A DNA stretch of 64,000 nt, taken from positions 11,148-75,147 of the IMG/VR virus record IMGVR_UViG_3300028388_006015, one strand, 5' to 3'. A program made the translations under genes and the position numbers. The notes under the pieces were generated by a model. It was given only the letters and a program-made list of their open reading frames with translations, made no database searches and was not told where the DNA came from. Shown here piece after piece: positions 8,541 through 19,428 of this stretch (positions within the stretch are counted from its first letter, which is position 1; the number at the start of each line of letters is the position of its first letter). The stretch comes from a virus.

Positions 8541-9887
8541 TTATTTGTTGTTTTTCTGTAAGATAAACTTCAATGTTTTTTGACGATCATAAAACTGATC
8601 AGTGTCGTAGTTTTGCATTATTCTAAACACCTGACCTGCTTTATAATTACGATATTTGTCAATATATAGACGAGCGGTATTGTTTTCATACTCGTCATTC
8701 GTTTGATTATAAGTGATGTGATACGAAAACGGATTAACTATGGCCTTAAATTCACTAATATTGTATCGCGTCATTACAAAATTAGGATTATTCAATTGTA
8801 CAGGAGCAACAGTACTTGCTTGTGTTGCAGTAGCACCTGCTATATTAAATTCTACACAAATATCTTTAAATTCATCTCCCAACTGTTCACGACGAGCACG
8901 TTCTTCACCAGGTTTCCAATTATAGTTGCCACTAGGAGCGAATTTTTCAAGATAATCAAGTATCACAAGATCCACATCTCCATATTTACGCATAACACGA
9001 TCTATCAAAATACGAACATCAGTCATTGTTGCTTTGCCAAATTCCTCATATGCCTCTACGTAAATCTCTCCACCGTGTATCTTGATATTGTTAAGGCGCT
9101 TTTTCAAATGCTTTTTCGTTTCATCATCAAGAGATTTGTGACGAATCGCGTTCATTGTCATTGCTGTCCATGTAGCATCGTATCCCGATTCACACTCCTC
9201 TTTAGTTCCTTCTGCCTGAACATGTATTACTTTGAATCCTAATGCAGCAGCATTAACACCAAGCCACCTCAAGAATTTAGTTTTACCTTTTCCTGACTGG
9301 GCTGTAAATAATAATGTGTCGCTTTTATCTATACCGCCATACAAACTACGATCCAACTGCTGAATGCCTGTTGGAATCTTTATCTTCGCCTCACCTTTAA
9401 TTGTTCTTAATACTTCGCGCTCTTTGATCCGCTCTTCAAACTGACCAAATATTTGCGTATATGTATTAGACTTTAATGAAAAATCATATATGTCTTTTGC
9501 CTTACGCAACTTATCAATAGCCTTTTCTCGATCACCATCTTGCCAGAACTGACCAATCTCATTGTAAAGCAGCATGAATTTACTTTGCTGAATGAATGAG
9601 GAGAATTGTTCAAGTAATACATCTTTGTGTGATGCGGCTTTTGACTTTATTTCTCCTAATAAAACGAGCACTTTAACTTCATGCTTAAACTGTTCACTAA
9701 GTATTCCAATACTAGGAACGTCGTTATTGAGCTTATAATGCGCTCTCATTGCTTTAAACAAAATCTTCCATTCTACAGAGGGAAGATATTCGAATTTCAT
9801 ATAATCATTAATCAGCTCGAAGAATCTTTTATTGCGAACCATTACGTGAAACAGCTCGTATAAAAAATCAATTGTTAACTTACTCAT
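8541..9887 (-). CDS. dnaB: DnaB-like replicative helicase
   Basis: IPTGIQQLD, AQSGKGKT Walker A, LVILDY Walker B, TATQ, IDKYRN. Confidence 0.9.
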   Translation of the reverse strand: MSKLTIDFLYELFHVMVRNKRFFELINDYMKFEYLPSVEWKILFKAMRAHYKLNNDVPSIGILSEQFKHEVKVLVLLGEIKSKAASHKDVLLEQFSSFIQQSKFMLLYNEIGQFWQDGDREKAIDKLRKAKDIYDFSLKSNTYTQIFGQFEERIKEREVLRTIKGEAKIKIPTGIQQLDRSLYGGIDKSDTLLFTAQSGKGKTKFLRWLGVNAAALGFKVIHVQAEGTKEECESGYDATWTAMTMNAIRHKSLDDETKKHLKKRLNNIKIHGGEIYVEAYEEFGKATMTDVRILIDRVMRKYGDVDLVILDYLEKFAPSGNYNWKPGEERARREQLGDEFKDICVEFNIAGATATQASTVAPVQLNNPNFVMTRYNISEFKAIVNPFSYHITYNQTNDEYENNTARLYIDKYRNYKAGQVFRIMQNYDTDQFYDRQKTLKFILQKNNK

Positions 9888-9900
9888 TGTTTAGGGTTTT

Positions 9901-11586
9901 TTATATCCACGCAACAGAGAATCCTGCCCCTGTGTAATTTAATGCCTGAATAGCCTTCCAAATACTCAACACCGTATCATCGTGTGCACCTACTCCTTCC
10001 AAACCTTTTTCAGTCCATGCTATGCTGGTAAATTCACTAACAACTATATCGGTCATGTTGATACTATAACTGTCGCCTCGTGGAAAACGCATCTTGTCTT
10101 GTTCAAATAGCAAAACCATACCAGGAATTCCTCCTCGAAGATCGTATTTGTTTTTATTGGTCGTTAATCCAACAACAGGAAGGTTACTTTCTTTTCCACC
10201 ATCAAGAAGAAATGTTTGCATTTGATTATCTTCAATCCCTATAATATCAGGACGAAAATCTCGGTGTACTCTCTTTAATAATCCAAGTTGCTGATTGTAT
10301 GTTAATCCCTTTTCTCTACCCATAGCTATTAACCAATATGTTCCTTGAGAATCAATACCCATAACAGTCCATACGAAAAAGTCGGCACCAACATTAGCGC
10401 TTCGAGCAATATCCACACCAACTGCTATTTTTCTAAAATTGACTGGAAAATTACTACGATTTTTGACAAGTTTATACTTTTCCATACCAACAAACGCCCT
10501 CGATACCAACTTATATGGAAATATCGTAGACTCGCTCGTAACTGGTTTTACCAAAATCTCTCGAGAAAAAATTATTGATCCCTGAGTATCGAGCTTCTCT
10601 AATAGTGTATCAACATCATAACGACCTTCCCATAACAATCTACCATCAGGAAATATTGCAGGATACTCGAACACTTTCCATCCAGGCTTTTGTTTGAGAT
10701 CTGCATATAAATCAAGATCAGAAAATGGCGTTCCTACCACAACAACTTGGCCGCCTGGAACAATGGCGTTCATTATAACACTATGGAAGTAATTGATGTA
10801 CTTTTCACGCTGATCTTGAGAGTACAAATTACTATCGTTCAGAAAATCATCAGGCACAACCCAACCTGGGTGAAACCCTCTCATTTTACTGCCGTATGAT
10901 TTAACAGCTAATCGCGCTCCATTCTTACAAATAATCTCTTCTTTACCCCACCCATCTTTACCTGTTGGCTTTAATGCTGCACGTAAAATATCATTATTTT
11001 CGATATTCTCCTTTAGTGTCTTCAAATGCTCTTTAGCAAGTGAATATTCGTTAGTTATAATAATGCCCTTTCCAAACGTCAATTCCTTAGGATATCTCTT
11101 GAATCGCGTGTTTTTGTGATATCTGTATAACTTCCATGCTGGATATGCACCTGCAGAAAAACTGAAGCTTTTCGAGTGGTCACGAGCAGCGATAAAACAT
11201 ACATATTTATGTATTTGCACTAAATTAAACCACTCAATATGATGCCAATTCATTTCAAACTCAGGCATCACAGTTGCAACGAAATAGTTGAGATTGAGAT
11301 ATCTCAATGTTTCGTCAACACTTTCTGTTAGGCGATCTAAATAATCGAACGTATTAGTCTTGATCTTGCTTGTTCTACTACCATAAAGCACCTCATACGT
11401 CTCTTGATATAGCGTTTCCATCATACTGTCGACATCATCACTATTGCCTGAAAATAGCTCATTCAGTGCATACTCGTCAAGATTAGTTATGATGACATCA
11501 ACATAATTGTAAATACTTTCAATTTGACCTAATGTGAGTGCTTCAGAATTATCATTAAATGGTAGCCATATTTTACCGTTGGACAT
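9901..11586 (-). CDS. terL: terminase large subunit
   Basis: AARDHSKS Walker A, MRGFHP, VVPDD Walker B, VVGTP; RNase H nuclease motifs VGVDIA, IEDN, HDDTV. Confidence 0.9.
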   Translation of the reverse strand: MSNGKIWLPFNDNSEALTLGQIESIYNYVDVIITNLDEYALNELFSGNSDDVDSMMETLYQETYEVLYGSRTSKIKTNTFDYLDRLTESVDETLRYLNLNYFVATVMPEFEMNWHHIEWFNLVQIHKYVCFIAARDHSKSFSFSAGAYPAWKLYRYHKNTRFKRYPKELTFGKGIIITNEYSLAKEHLKTLKENIENNDILRAALKPTGKDGWGKEEIICKNGARLAVKSYGSKMRGFHPGWVVPDDFLNDSNLYSQDQREKYINYFHSVIMNAIVPGGQVVVVGTPFSDLDLYADLKQKPGWKVFEYPAIFPDGRLLWEGRYDVDTLLEKLDTQGSIIFSREILVKPVTSESTIFPYKLVSRAFVGMEKYKLVKNRSNFPVNFRKIAVGVDIARSANVGADFFVWTVMGIDSQGTYWLIAMGREKGLTYNQQLGLLKRVHRDFRPDIIGIEDNQMQTFLLDGGKESNLPVVGLTTNKNKYDLRGGIPGMVLLFEQDKMRFPRGDSYSINMTDIVVSEFTSIAWTEKGLEGVGAHDDTVLSIWKAIQALNYTGAGFSVAWI

Positions 11587-12221
11587 TAAAACTCAAATTT
11601 AAAACTCTCTCTAAAGGAAGGCGTATCGGCAGATCCAATCTTAATATCTGTATCGTTGCGAAGTTGGGCTAAAAAATAGATGAACAGATCTTTAGTTGCA
11701 CGAGCATCAGCTAATGCTGTATGAGCGTCATAAACAACAAGACCTGCTTTCTCAAGGCAATTAACCAATTTCACACTTCCAGTATCACCCCATATTTGCA
11801 ATGCCATATATAGCGTATCTTGCATATATGAAGTGAAGTGATCGTACAGATCTTCATCGTGCATTGCAAAAAATGCCTGTAAGAAATTGCGTTCAAAAGC
11901 GCTATTATGTGCAACGATGATTGGATAACTTATGTCGTACTTACCTACTCGATGCTTCTTGGCTAATTGCTTTATGTCTTTAATAACATCAGCAGCATTA
12001 GCACCATCACGCTCAAGTTTTTTCACAGTGTGACCTGTCAACTCAATCGCTTCTGGTAGAATCTCGAGATCTTCGTACGGCTTTATCAAGCTCTCATACT
12101 CTTCAATAACCTGTAGAGTATCGCCATCAACTACACAAATTCCTATCTCAGTAATTGGATTGGCATACTGATCGCGACCGCCTGTCTCTAAATCGAGAAC
12201 AAAAAATGTATTAGCTTTCAT
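11586..12221 (-). CDS. dnaQ: DEDDh 3'-5' exonuclease (Pol III epsilon-like)
   Basis: LDLETGG, VAHNSAFE, HTALADARAT. Confidence 0.85.
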   Translation of the reverse strand: MKANTFFVLDLETGGRDQYANPITEIGICVVDGDTLQVIEEYESLIKPYEDLEILPEAIELTGHTVKKLERDGANAADVIKDIKQLAKKHRVGKYDISYPIIVAHNSAFERNFLQAFFAMHDEDLYDHFTSYMQDTLYMALQIWGDTGSVKLVNCLEKAGLVVYDAHTALADARATKDLFIYFLAQLRNDTDIKIGSADTPSFRESFKFEF

Positions 12222-12228
12222 GTGTGAT

Positions 12229-12450
12229 TTATTTATGCAATCTTAAAATTTTAATTCCTATCGTATCGTTTGAGATTATTGTTATTGAATTACCTCCATA
12301 CGTATCAGGTAATCTACCTCTTAAGCTATATTGGTGGATGTCTCTAATATTAAATTTCGTACCTGACTTCTTTAATGTGTACTTCTTATTCAAATACGCC
12401 ACTAAAGCAGTTGGAGTAAAATCACGATTTTCTTGAAGTGTAATCCTCAT
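12229..12450 (-). CDS. small basic hypothetical protein
   Basis: 73 aa; start overlaps the upstream stop. Confidence 0.55.
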   Translation of the reverse strand: MRITLQENRDFTPTALVAYLNKKYTLKKSGTKFNIRDIHQYSLRGRLPDTYGGNSITIISNDTIGIKILRLHK

Positions 12451-12956
12451 TATTTAATAATTAATGCACTATCAAAGGCCTCAAGGTGTGTATAAATTTT
12501 CTCAAGAGCACCTTGACGTTCTAATTGAGACTCGAACGCAATTATAAGATTACTGTATGCATTCTTGATTACCCCTTCAGATTTATTAATCCACAATGCA
12601 TATATGCGTCTTCCTTGTTGAGTATATTCATACTTCTCTATTGATCTAAAGTGCTTTGTCAATAGAGTGTGGTCTCCAATAACAATCCATGGAATTTTCT
12701 TTTTCTTATTACCTTCCTCGTCTACCTCATCAACTGTATTATTATTCTTATGCCAATCAATCAACGAATCAAGAACGTCAGTGTCGGATGATTGTTTGTA
12801 TTGTGTAAGAATTGTATGTAAGTCTGTTCTGCCTATCTTTCTAACAGCATCAATGATCTCACTAAAAATAGCTGCATCTGTTTCAGAGATAGGATTGATG
12901 CCCCTAATTTCCTCTTGAAAGTATAATCGTGTAGTCTTTTTAAAGTGCTTTTTCAT
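12450..12956 (-). CDS. hypothetical protein
   Basis: 168 aa ORF in operon packing. Confidence 0.6.
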   Translation of the reverse strand: MKKHFKKTTRLYFQEEIRGINPISETDAAIFSEIIDAVRKIGRTDLHTILTQYKQSSDTDVLDSLIDWHKNNNTVDEVDEEGNKKKKIPWIVIGDHTLLTKHFRSIEKYEYTQQGRRIYALWINKSEGVIKNAYSNLIIAFESQLERQGALEKIYTHLEAFDSALIIK

Positions 12957-13464
12957 AATGTTGATTAATTAAATATATCATACGACGATAAAGCTCAGGA
13001 TCGTGCTCTTCAATATACTGCAGCCGATATTCTAAATTGTTAAAATATAGTATATGCTGCCAATTCAAGCTCTCCCACCACATATGACACTTTCTACAAT
13101 CATATACAATATTTTTCTTATCGGTGATAAGGTGTGGTTTTGATATCTCCTTGCATCTACTACGAGCAATAATGTGAGAGTTGTCTAAATGCTGATTGTA
13201 ACCACATGCACTACAAACATGTTCACGCTCATAAGCAATTTGTTGAATTACTTGCTTATATTCGTCATTAATCGCTTTTTGTACGCCCGTTACTCTCTTA
13301 ACTGCACGTCTTTTTAATGGTTTGGTTGATCTACGTAACGGCTTAGGTTGTTTTCTTACCAGCCCTTGACCGTCAAGACGTATGCGATTACACTGATCAC
13401 ATAAGTAATGTGTTTTGTTAACAATAAAGCGAGATTCTCCACATTTTCTGCAATCGTCAATCAT
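12940..13464 (-). CDS. HNH/NinG-like zinc-finger nuclease
   Basis: N-terminal CxxC..CxxC, then CSACG..DNSHIIARS..NIVYDCRKCH. Confidence 0.65.
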   Translation of the reverse strand: MIDDCRKCGESRFIVNKTHYLCDQCNRIRLDGQGLVRKQPKPLRRSTKPLKRRAVKRVTGVQKAINDEYKQVIQQIAYEREHVCSACGYNQHLDNSHIIARSRCKEISKPHLITDKKNIVYDCRKCHMWWESLNWQHILYFNNLEYRLQYIEEHDPELYRRMIYLINQHYEKAL

Positions 13465-14045
13465 TGTGCAATTAATCTTTGTTCGTACACTTCTCTATAA
13501 TTCTCACTCAATACTTTTTTGCACGTCTTTTTACATACACACAAAAGGCATGGAATGCTTTTCCTATTGTATAGTGTTGTTGTCAACATGCATTTAGATA
13601 AACGCTGCTGATCATTGGTATACGATCTCTTTATATTCTCCTCATACGAATCTAATTGCGTTGTATCAAACTGTTCGCACAAATCAAAGTATAATGAGTG
13701 TTGCTGTTGAAATTCCTGCGTATAAAAAAGCCAAGTATCTTTATTTCGATTATTCCATCGACTCAAAGCTTTCTCTCCAAATATCCAGGAAAAAACATTT
13801 TTCTTCACACGTTGTCCGATGAGTGCGTCGTAGAATGAAAATTGATAGCATATGTAATTAAACAACCAATGCTTGTTTATATTAATTAAACCAATATCAT
13901 CATCAATCGCCTCAATGAACTTTACTGCTCTCAATCTGTGATAATCTTTAACATTAAGTGCGTAATCACTGCGCGTAATTTGACGATACGTATGCTCGAA
14001 CATGTCGAAAATTTCCTCAAAAACTGTATTCCAATGATCATCCAC
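13461..14045 (-). CDS. hypothetical protein with C-terminal Cys cluster
   Basis: 194 aa; PCLLCVCKKTC. Confidence 0.6.
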   Translation of the reverse strand: MDDHWNTVFEEIFDMFEHTYRQITRSDYALNVKDYHRLRAVKFIEAIDDDIGLININKHWLFNYICYQFSFYDALIGQRVKKNVFSWIFGEKALSRWNNRNKDTWLFYTQEFQQQHSLYFDLCEQFDTTQLDSYEENIKRSYTNDQQRLSKCMLTTTLYNRKSIPCLLCVCKKTCKKVLSENYREVYEQRLIAQ

Positions 14046-14071
14046 TTTGTTGATGAATTTTATATAGTTCT

Positions 14072-14099
14072 AAAAAAAAGAAAAAGGGAAACTAGTCCC
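14072..14099 (-). terminator. possible terminator ending the tail module
   Basis: Minus strand GGGACTAGTTTCCC short hairpin followed by a long T tract. Confidence 0.35.
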
Positions 14100-14631
14100 A
14101 AGAAAATGATAAGCTCATTGTTTCGTTTTCAGGGAGAGCTTCTTCAGCCTGATACTTAATATACAGAGCATCACAGTTATTAAAATCGTTTGCAGTTTCA
14201 CTATTCAGTGTGCGGCGAATCCACAACCCATAATACGACTCAGCATCCATCGACCCAATCTCTAAAGCATTATCTTCTCCGTCAACACTAGCAAAAACAC
14301 CCAAATAGGGTGTTGCATTTTCATTTTGAATACGCTCCATATAAAAGCCACAATCATCCTCTGCAAGTGCAACAATTGCAACTTCATAGTGTCCAACATT
14401 ATCTTCAGGAAGATCAATCCACAGCTTTAAGCCAGTGAGGGGACTCGTAGATTCATTGTAGAATGCTATCCCCCTCACGACGGTTTTTGGCTCAATTGTA
14501 TCTATAGACGAAAATAAGTTACCACTAACATTATTAGGTATTTGAGAAGAGCTAACATAACCTCCCAAAGATTGAACTGGATTTTGTTGCTCTTCGCCTT
14601 GTTTAAAGGCGCCTGTATAAAATAACTGCAT
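14092..14631 (-). CDS. putative virion/baseplate-associated protein
   Basis: Acidic 179 aa; SLGGYVSS..NLF..GLWIRR pattern; follows the tail fibre. Confidence 0.55.
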   Translation of the reverse strand: MQLFYTGAFKQGEEQQNPVQSLGGYVSSSQIPNNVSGNLFSSIDTIEPKTVVRGIAFYNESTSPLTGLKLWIDLPEDNVGHYEVAIVALAEDDCGFYMERIQNENATPYLGVFASVDGEDNALEIGSMDAESYYGLWIRRTLNSETANDFNNCDALYIKYQAEEALPENETMSLSFSWD

Positions 14632-14637
14632 TGCTAT

Positions 14638-15069
14638 TTATTTATTCGCCAAAAGTAAAACAAATAATCCAGTTTTTTCACTTCCCGGATCTTGAAAATT
14701 GGAAAAAACAATGTCGTCAGTGAACGAATCGCAATTATGCAAACACAATTGAGACATTATTCCTATAGTGTTTCCTCCTACAGAAACCTGAAAAGTGAGC
14801 GGAATCATTTTTTCATAACTGTCAACTAATGGACGCTCAATATAAAATGCTGAAAGAAAAGCAAGTTCATTAGAACCTGCAAATGATATTGTTTTGCTAA
14901 ATGTCGCTATATCAGCGGTCACTAGTTGAATCTCTTCCTGCTGAAGATCATCTATAACAAATGATGCCGTAACATCTCCTTCTGCCAAAAATGTACTGCG
15001 GACAGGAGATTGAGTTAGTGCAGGATGATATGTCTTTTTTGTATGTGATACAACAATTTCAACGTTCAT
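14638..15069 (-). CDS. hypothetical protein in tail module
   Basis: 143 aa ORF directly downstream of the tail fibre. Confidence 0.55.
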   Translation of the reverse strand: MNVEIVVSHTKKTYHPALTQSPVRSTFLAEGDVTASFVIDDLQQEEIQLVTADIATFSKTISFAGSNELAFLSAFYIERPLVDSYEKMIPLTFQVSVGGNTIGIMSQLCLHNCDSFTDDIVFSNFQDPGSEKTGLFVLLLANK

Positions 15070-15071
15070 AA

Positions 15072-17471
15072 TTATGATTTTGGTATGCGCTGTACCATTA
15101 CAACAACATAGTAATTAGGATAATATGTTACTGGATCGCCACTCAAACCGTCATTGCTTCCATCTTCAGTAGTTCCAACGATCAAGTGACTATGTGAATG
15201 TTCGTTGGTGTTTTTACCATCCAATGGATCAGCAAGTTCTCGACCGCCACCTCGATTAAAACCTGCATCACGGTGCGAACCTACTGCAGTACCGCTGTTT
15301 CTCGTATATATACGATGCGTGTGAGTGTCTGTGTTTGTGGTTAACGAGCCTGCTTCATGTGTATGAGGAGGAAGATTTTGCTTGCTAAGTGCAAAAGAAT
15401 TAGATCCACCAACAGCTCCGATGTTTTCTAGACCATTTTCTGATGCATTGCGATTGACGATGAAGCGACCTCTAAGATCAGGTGTATTGTTTTGACCGTT
15501 ACAAAGAGCCCATCCGTAATACTCAGGAATTTGTCCTAGTCCACTTCCATCAAATGCATTAACGGGAATATTGGATAGTGTACGAATCTCATACAACCAA
15601 TGCTTGTCTTTTTCGACAGGAAAAGCGATCCATTGAGTTCCCGTGTAATAACATTCAACTACAACTTTTTGATCTCCCCATTTTTGATAATCAATGTCAA
15701 CAGCACTTAGTGCGTAGATAGGAGAGTCGCCTGGACCACTATAATTGCCGTAAATCTCTATAGCATTACCGTTAGGTATGATATTTGCTTGAAAAATCAA
15801 TACGAATTTATTACCTGCTCTTAAATCAGAGCCAGTGCAATTAAACAATAAAGGATTGCTTAAAGTAATATTTCCGGTAATGTATTGAATTTGAGCTGCA
15901 GTTCCTACAACAAGATCTATTTGAGAAGAGCTAAATGTTATTTCATACTCATCAACTCCAAGATTATCGCCAAGATCAATATTAAACGAAAATGTGCCAT
16001 AATGGCGAGGATGAGCATTTAATGTTATAAATGGCGTGCCGAGAATATTACTAGAATACGATACTTGTGTGCGATCTGCAGGATTGGTTTTAAGATCACC
16101 ATCCTCTTCAAACGACTCTTCATCATAATACCCAACATCATCACTCTGAAATACTCGCCACTCAGTTAATACTCCATTAACTTTATAGCGATACCAGAAT
16201 GCATAAGAGTATGCCGTTCTACTTGCTACTGTTAACGGAACCCAAGCATTATAGCTATTTATTGGATAAATTTGGCGAAAATCGTTTTGAGCGTTCAGAT
16301 CTTCAGGAATACACCAAAGCTCAATATCATCAACATCAGGCGTTATTACGACACGATATGCTGTGAAATAATCGTCCTGATCAAGTGTTGGAACGATAAG
16401 ATTGATTTGACTGCCACTTTTTGTAGATTGCTCGATAATTTTATACGATCCATCGTATGAATACAAGCGCCACCCGTCAAAGTCGCCATCACTAAAATCA
16501 TCTGTTGATTTAAAACGTCCACCCTGACCTCCATTGATTGTAAATGTTCTACTTGCAGTATCTATCGTCCAATTTTGTGTATAAAACGCCCAACTAACAT
16601 AACACACGTTCTTGTATCTCGGAGTGTTTGGCGCATCGTATTTAATAGCTTCTACTCCAATAACAGGATTTTGTTGATCGCGCATTGCTTGTGGAATCGT
16701 CTGACTACGAAACTCACTACGCAACATCCAAAAATCACTACGTTTGTCTTGAATAAACACAGTAGATCCCACATAACGAACCCTTGCAATATAAAACTCT
16801 TTACCACTAGTTAAAGGCGGTGGGGTATTTGAGATAGTTTCGAGAACAAATTCAAGATTGCAACTATCATACTGGTATATGTTTTTTTGATTTGATGTTG
16901 GAATGTGATCGAACGAAAATGTTCCGACAATAGCATACTGAAGATCGGATTCTGCTGCGAATACGCCATTTAATACAGCATTCGTATCATCCACAACATC
17001 GACAACGTCATATTCAAGAGTATTTCCTGCAGATCCAATAAAACGAATGCGAGTGGGGACTTTACTGGTACGTAATACCTCAGTAAATTTTGTATTAACA
17101 CCAATAAGATTTCCTTGAGTGTCGATACTAACTGTTCCTTCTTCGATAGAAGAATATTGATGGCTAATTTTTAACCAATACCAATTATTCTCTGCAGGAA
17201 TAGCGATATTGTCTTGAGCAGGAAAGTCAAGAACAAGACCATCACTATCAATAGCATACGATCGAGTGTCGATTTTTATCGTTGGTGTGTTCGTTCCTTT
17301 CTCTACCTTGAAATTGTTCAAACCCACATCATCTACTGTACGAATGATGCCATAACTGTAGGTTTGATCAATTATGAGTTTACGATAACCGTCTGTATCA
17401 AGAAAATCAATCAGACGCTGCAATTCAGGTTGCCCAATTTTAAGATTAGGTGATATATTTAACTGACTCAT
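15072..17471 (-). CDS. tail fibre / baseplate protein with C-terminal collar domain
   Basis: GWALCNGQNNTPDLRGRFIV collar motif, HxH repeats (PPHTH, THTH, HSHSH), C-terminal PNYYV; probable start 17471 (ATGA overlap). Confidence 0.8.
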   Translation of the reverse strand: MSQLNISPNLKIGQPELQRLIDFLDTDGYRKLIIDQTYSYGIIRTVDDVGLNNFKVEKGTNTPTIKIDTRSYAIDSDGLVLDFPAQDNIAIPAENNWYWLKISHQYSSIEEGTVSIDTQGNLIGVNTKFTEVLRTSKVPTRIRFIGSAGNTLEYDVVDVVDDTNAVLNGVFAAESDLQYAIVGTFSFDHIPTSNQKNIYQYDSCNLEFVLETISNTPPPLTSGKEFYIARVRYVGSTVFIQDKRSDFWMLRSEFRSQTIPQAMRDQQNPVIGVEAIKYDAPNTPRYKNVCYVSWAFYTQNWTIDTASRTFTINGGQGGRFKSTDDFSDGDFDGWRLYSYDGSYKIIEQSTKSGSQINLIVPTLDQDDYFTAYRVVITPDVDDIELWCIPEDLNAQNDFRQIYPINSYNAWVPLTVASRTAYSYAFWYRYKVNGVLTEWRVFQSDDVGYYDEESFEEDGDLKTNPADRTQVSYSSNILGTPFITLNAHPRHYGTFSFNIDLGDNLGVDEYEITFSSSQIDLVVGTAAQIQYITGNITLSNPLLFNCTGSDLRAGNKFVLIFQANIIPNGNAIEIYGNYSGPGDSPIYALSAVDIDYQKWGDQKVVVECYYTGTQWIAFPVEKDKHWLYEIRTLSNIPVNAFDGSGLGQIPEYYGWALCNGQNNTPDLRGRFIVNRNASENGLENIGAVGGSNSFALSKQNLPPHTHEAGSLTTNTDTHTHRIYTRNSGTAVGSHRDAGFNRGGGRELADPLDGKNTNEHSHSHLIVGTTEDGSNDGLSGDPVTYYPNYYVVVMVQRIPKS

Positions 17472-19045
17472 TGCAAAAATTCTACGTTTAGTCCCCAATT
17501 ATATGGGGTAAAATATTGTCTAAATATACTAATAATTTGTCGCTGAGAATACCGACCGTTGTTATTTCTTATAAAGAATTCCAACATGCCGTGACTATCA
17601 AGAAATCCAAAATCATAAGGTGTTGTTGCGAGTGAAAATTTAAAATCGTGCAATGTTACAGTTCCAGTGTCATTATCTGTGCAAATAATAAAAGGAAGCA
17701 CCTTACATACATCTTTTGTCATTCTCTTATGGTATCCAACACCAACACTTAATATAGCATCAACTTCTTCTCTAGGAGTTGCAGTGGAGCTTAATAGCGC
17801 AAAGCGTAATGGATATACCGTATCTGCCTGATTAACACTTATGTTTTGCACATAATACCTACTAAAATCTCCGGTATAAATATTTTGCGGCTCAGTTTCT
17901 GCATCTTCACTCGTTAAACACAAAATCCCTACTGTAATATTTTCTGACGTATTGTCGTCAATCTCAAGATCAATTGTCAACATATAATTAAGCAAGTGAT
18001 TGACGTTAATGAGCTTATCAGCATCAACATCCAATAAAACGTCTGTACCTAATCCACTATCTGGTGGCAGTGTTAACGCTGCATTGCTTATAGTTTCTCC
18101 TGTATTGTATGTTTGATAGTTCGATATGTCAGAAAAGCCGTAAAACTGCTCGTATCCTTTATAGAATGCATTGTAGTAGTATACATCACGAAACTCAGGA
18201 GATGCACGATCTAATACCCATCCGGCATCAAAAAAACCTCTGTACGCGCGAATAAATTCATTGCATCCTTCATAACACAACAATCTTAAAATCTCCCCAT
18301 TTATATTTTGCTGCTCAATTATACTGTTTTGCGTTAAGCGATCACGAAATTGTATGTGAATATTATTTGCTATGTATTGAAGTTGTTCAAGAGTCTCACT
18401 TCCACACAAATATACATTGCGCTGCTCTAAATAACGCCTTAATAGTATTTCGCGATTGTAGAAATCCTCAAATACACGCGCATAATTAACAAACATTGAA
18501 AAGAAACACGCTACTGTCCTCCAAAACTGGAGATAGTGAATATCATCCAAGTAATTGTCAGTATCTCCACGATTAATATAATTAGGAACAATGCCCTGCT
18601 CATATAGCTTTTCAAGTACATTAACGCACCACGGAAAAATTTCAGCACTACAACAGCATGTGAAAAAATTAACAAACGGACTATCATTAAATGCGTCACC
18701 ACACTCAATATCAATGTATGTTGCATTAATTTGAATGCTATTAAACGACAATACACCAGTGTCGTCCGATCCAACTCGGCGATATTGAAACTGAAGAAAC
18801 AAAGGGTCTTGTGGCGTAAATTCGCTATTGATACCAGCAAGGTTGGTATTACTCAATGGAATCCAATCACTCCACAGAAATCCAACAACAGACCAACGAA
18901 AATACTTTTCAAACAAACGCGTTCCCGTAACACCATCTACGTCGTCGGAATAACTAACGAGCTCGTCAACTCCAACAAACGGATTAGTTGGATGTATTAG
19001 TAAAATGTCGCCTATCTGTGTTAAGTGATTATTTACTATTGCCAT
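17468..19045 (-). CDS. putative baseplate wedge protein
   Basis: 525 aa between baseplate J and the fibre; call is positional. Confidence 0.5.
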   Translation of the reverse strand: MAIVNNHLTQIGDILLIHPTNPFVGVDELVSYSDDVDGVTGTRLFEKYFRWSVVGFLWSDWIPLSNTNLAGINSEFTPQDPLFLQFQYRRVGSDDTGVLSFNSIQINATYIDIECGDAFNDSPFVNFFTCCCSAEIFPWCVNVLEKLYEQGIVPNYINRGDTDNYLDDIHYLQFWRTVACFFSMFVNYARVFEDFYNREILLRRYLEQRNVYLCGSETLEQLQYIANNIHIQFRDRLTQNSIIEQQNINGEILRLLCYEGCNEFIRAYRGFFDAGWVLDRASPEFRDVYYYNAFYKGYEQFYGFSDISNYQTYNTGETISNAALTLPPDSGLGTDVLLDVDADKLINVNHLLNYMLTIDLEIDDNTSENITVGILCLTSEDAETEPQNIYTGDFSRYYVQNISVNQADTVYPLRFALLSSTATPREEVDAILSVGVGYHKRMTKDVCKVLPFIICTDNDTGTVTLHDFKFSLATTPYDFGFLDSHGMLEFFIRNNNGRYSQRQIISIFRQYFTPYNWGLNVEFLQ

Positions 19046-19056
19046 ATACTATTGAT

Positions 19057-19428
19057 TTACCAAAACCAACACTCCTCCTCGTCATCTGCATTTTTTGCCA
19101 ACCAGGGGCCGTCTGAACTATTCCATACCCAATATACAGTAACTGTCAAAACTGCATCAGGGTCTGTATAGATGTCTCCAATTGCAATTGCTCGAAATAA
19201 ATAAATGCCGGGATCGTAAAATTCTATTTGAGGATTATATCCTGCATTCAATGGATCGTCGGGAAAATATTGACCAACAACACCATTAACGCGAAATGTG
19301 GCTTCTGTATAACTGAGTGAAGAGGAGTTTAACAAAAACCCCTCAAACACCCAGTAAATATCCGTAGGAATAACATTGCTGCTATTCTCAGGTGCATTTT
19401 GCAGTTGATTATATAATCGAATGCTCAT
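19057..19428 (-). CDS. hypothetical virion protein
   Basis: 123 aa, beta-rich, in the baseplate cluster. Confidence 0.5.
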   Translation of the reverse strand: MSIRLYNQLQNAPENSSNVIPTDIYWVFEGFLLNSSSLSYTEATFRVNGVVGQYFPDDPLNAGYNPQIEFYDPGIYLFRAIAIGDIYTDPDAVLTVTVYWVWNSSDGPWLAKNADDEEECWFW

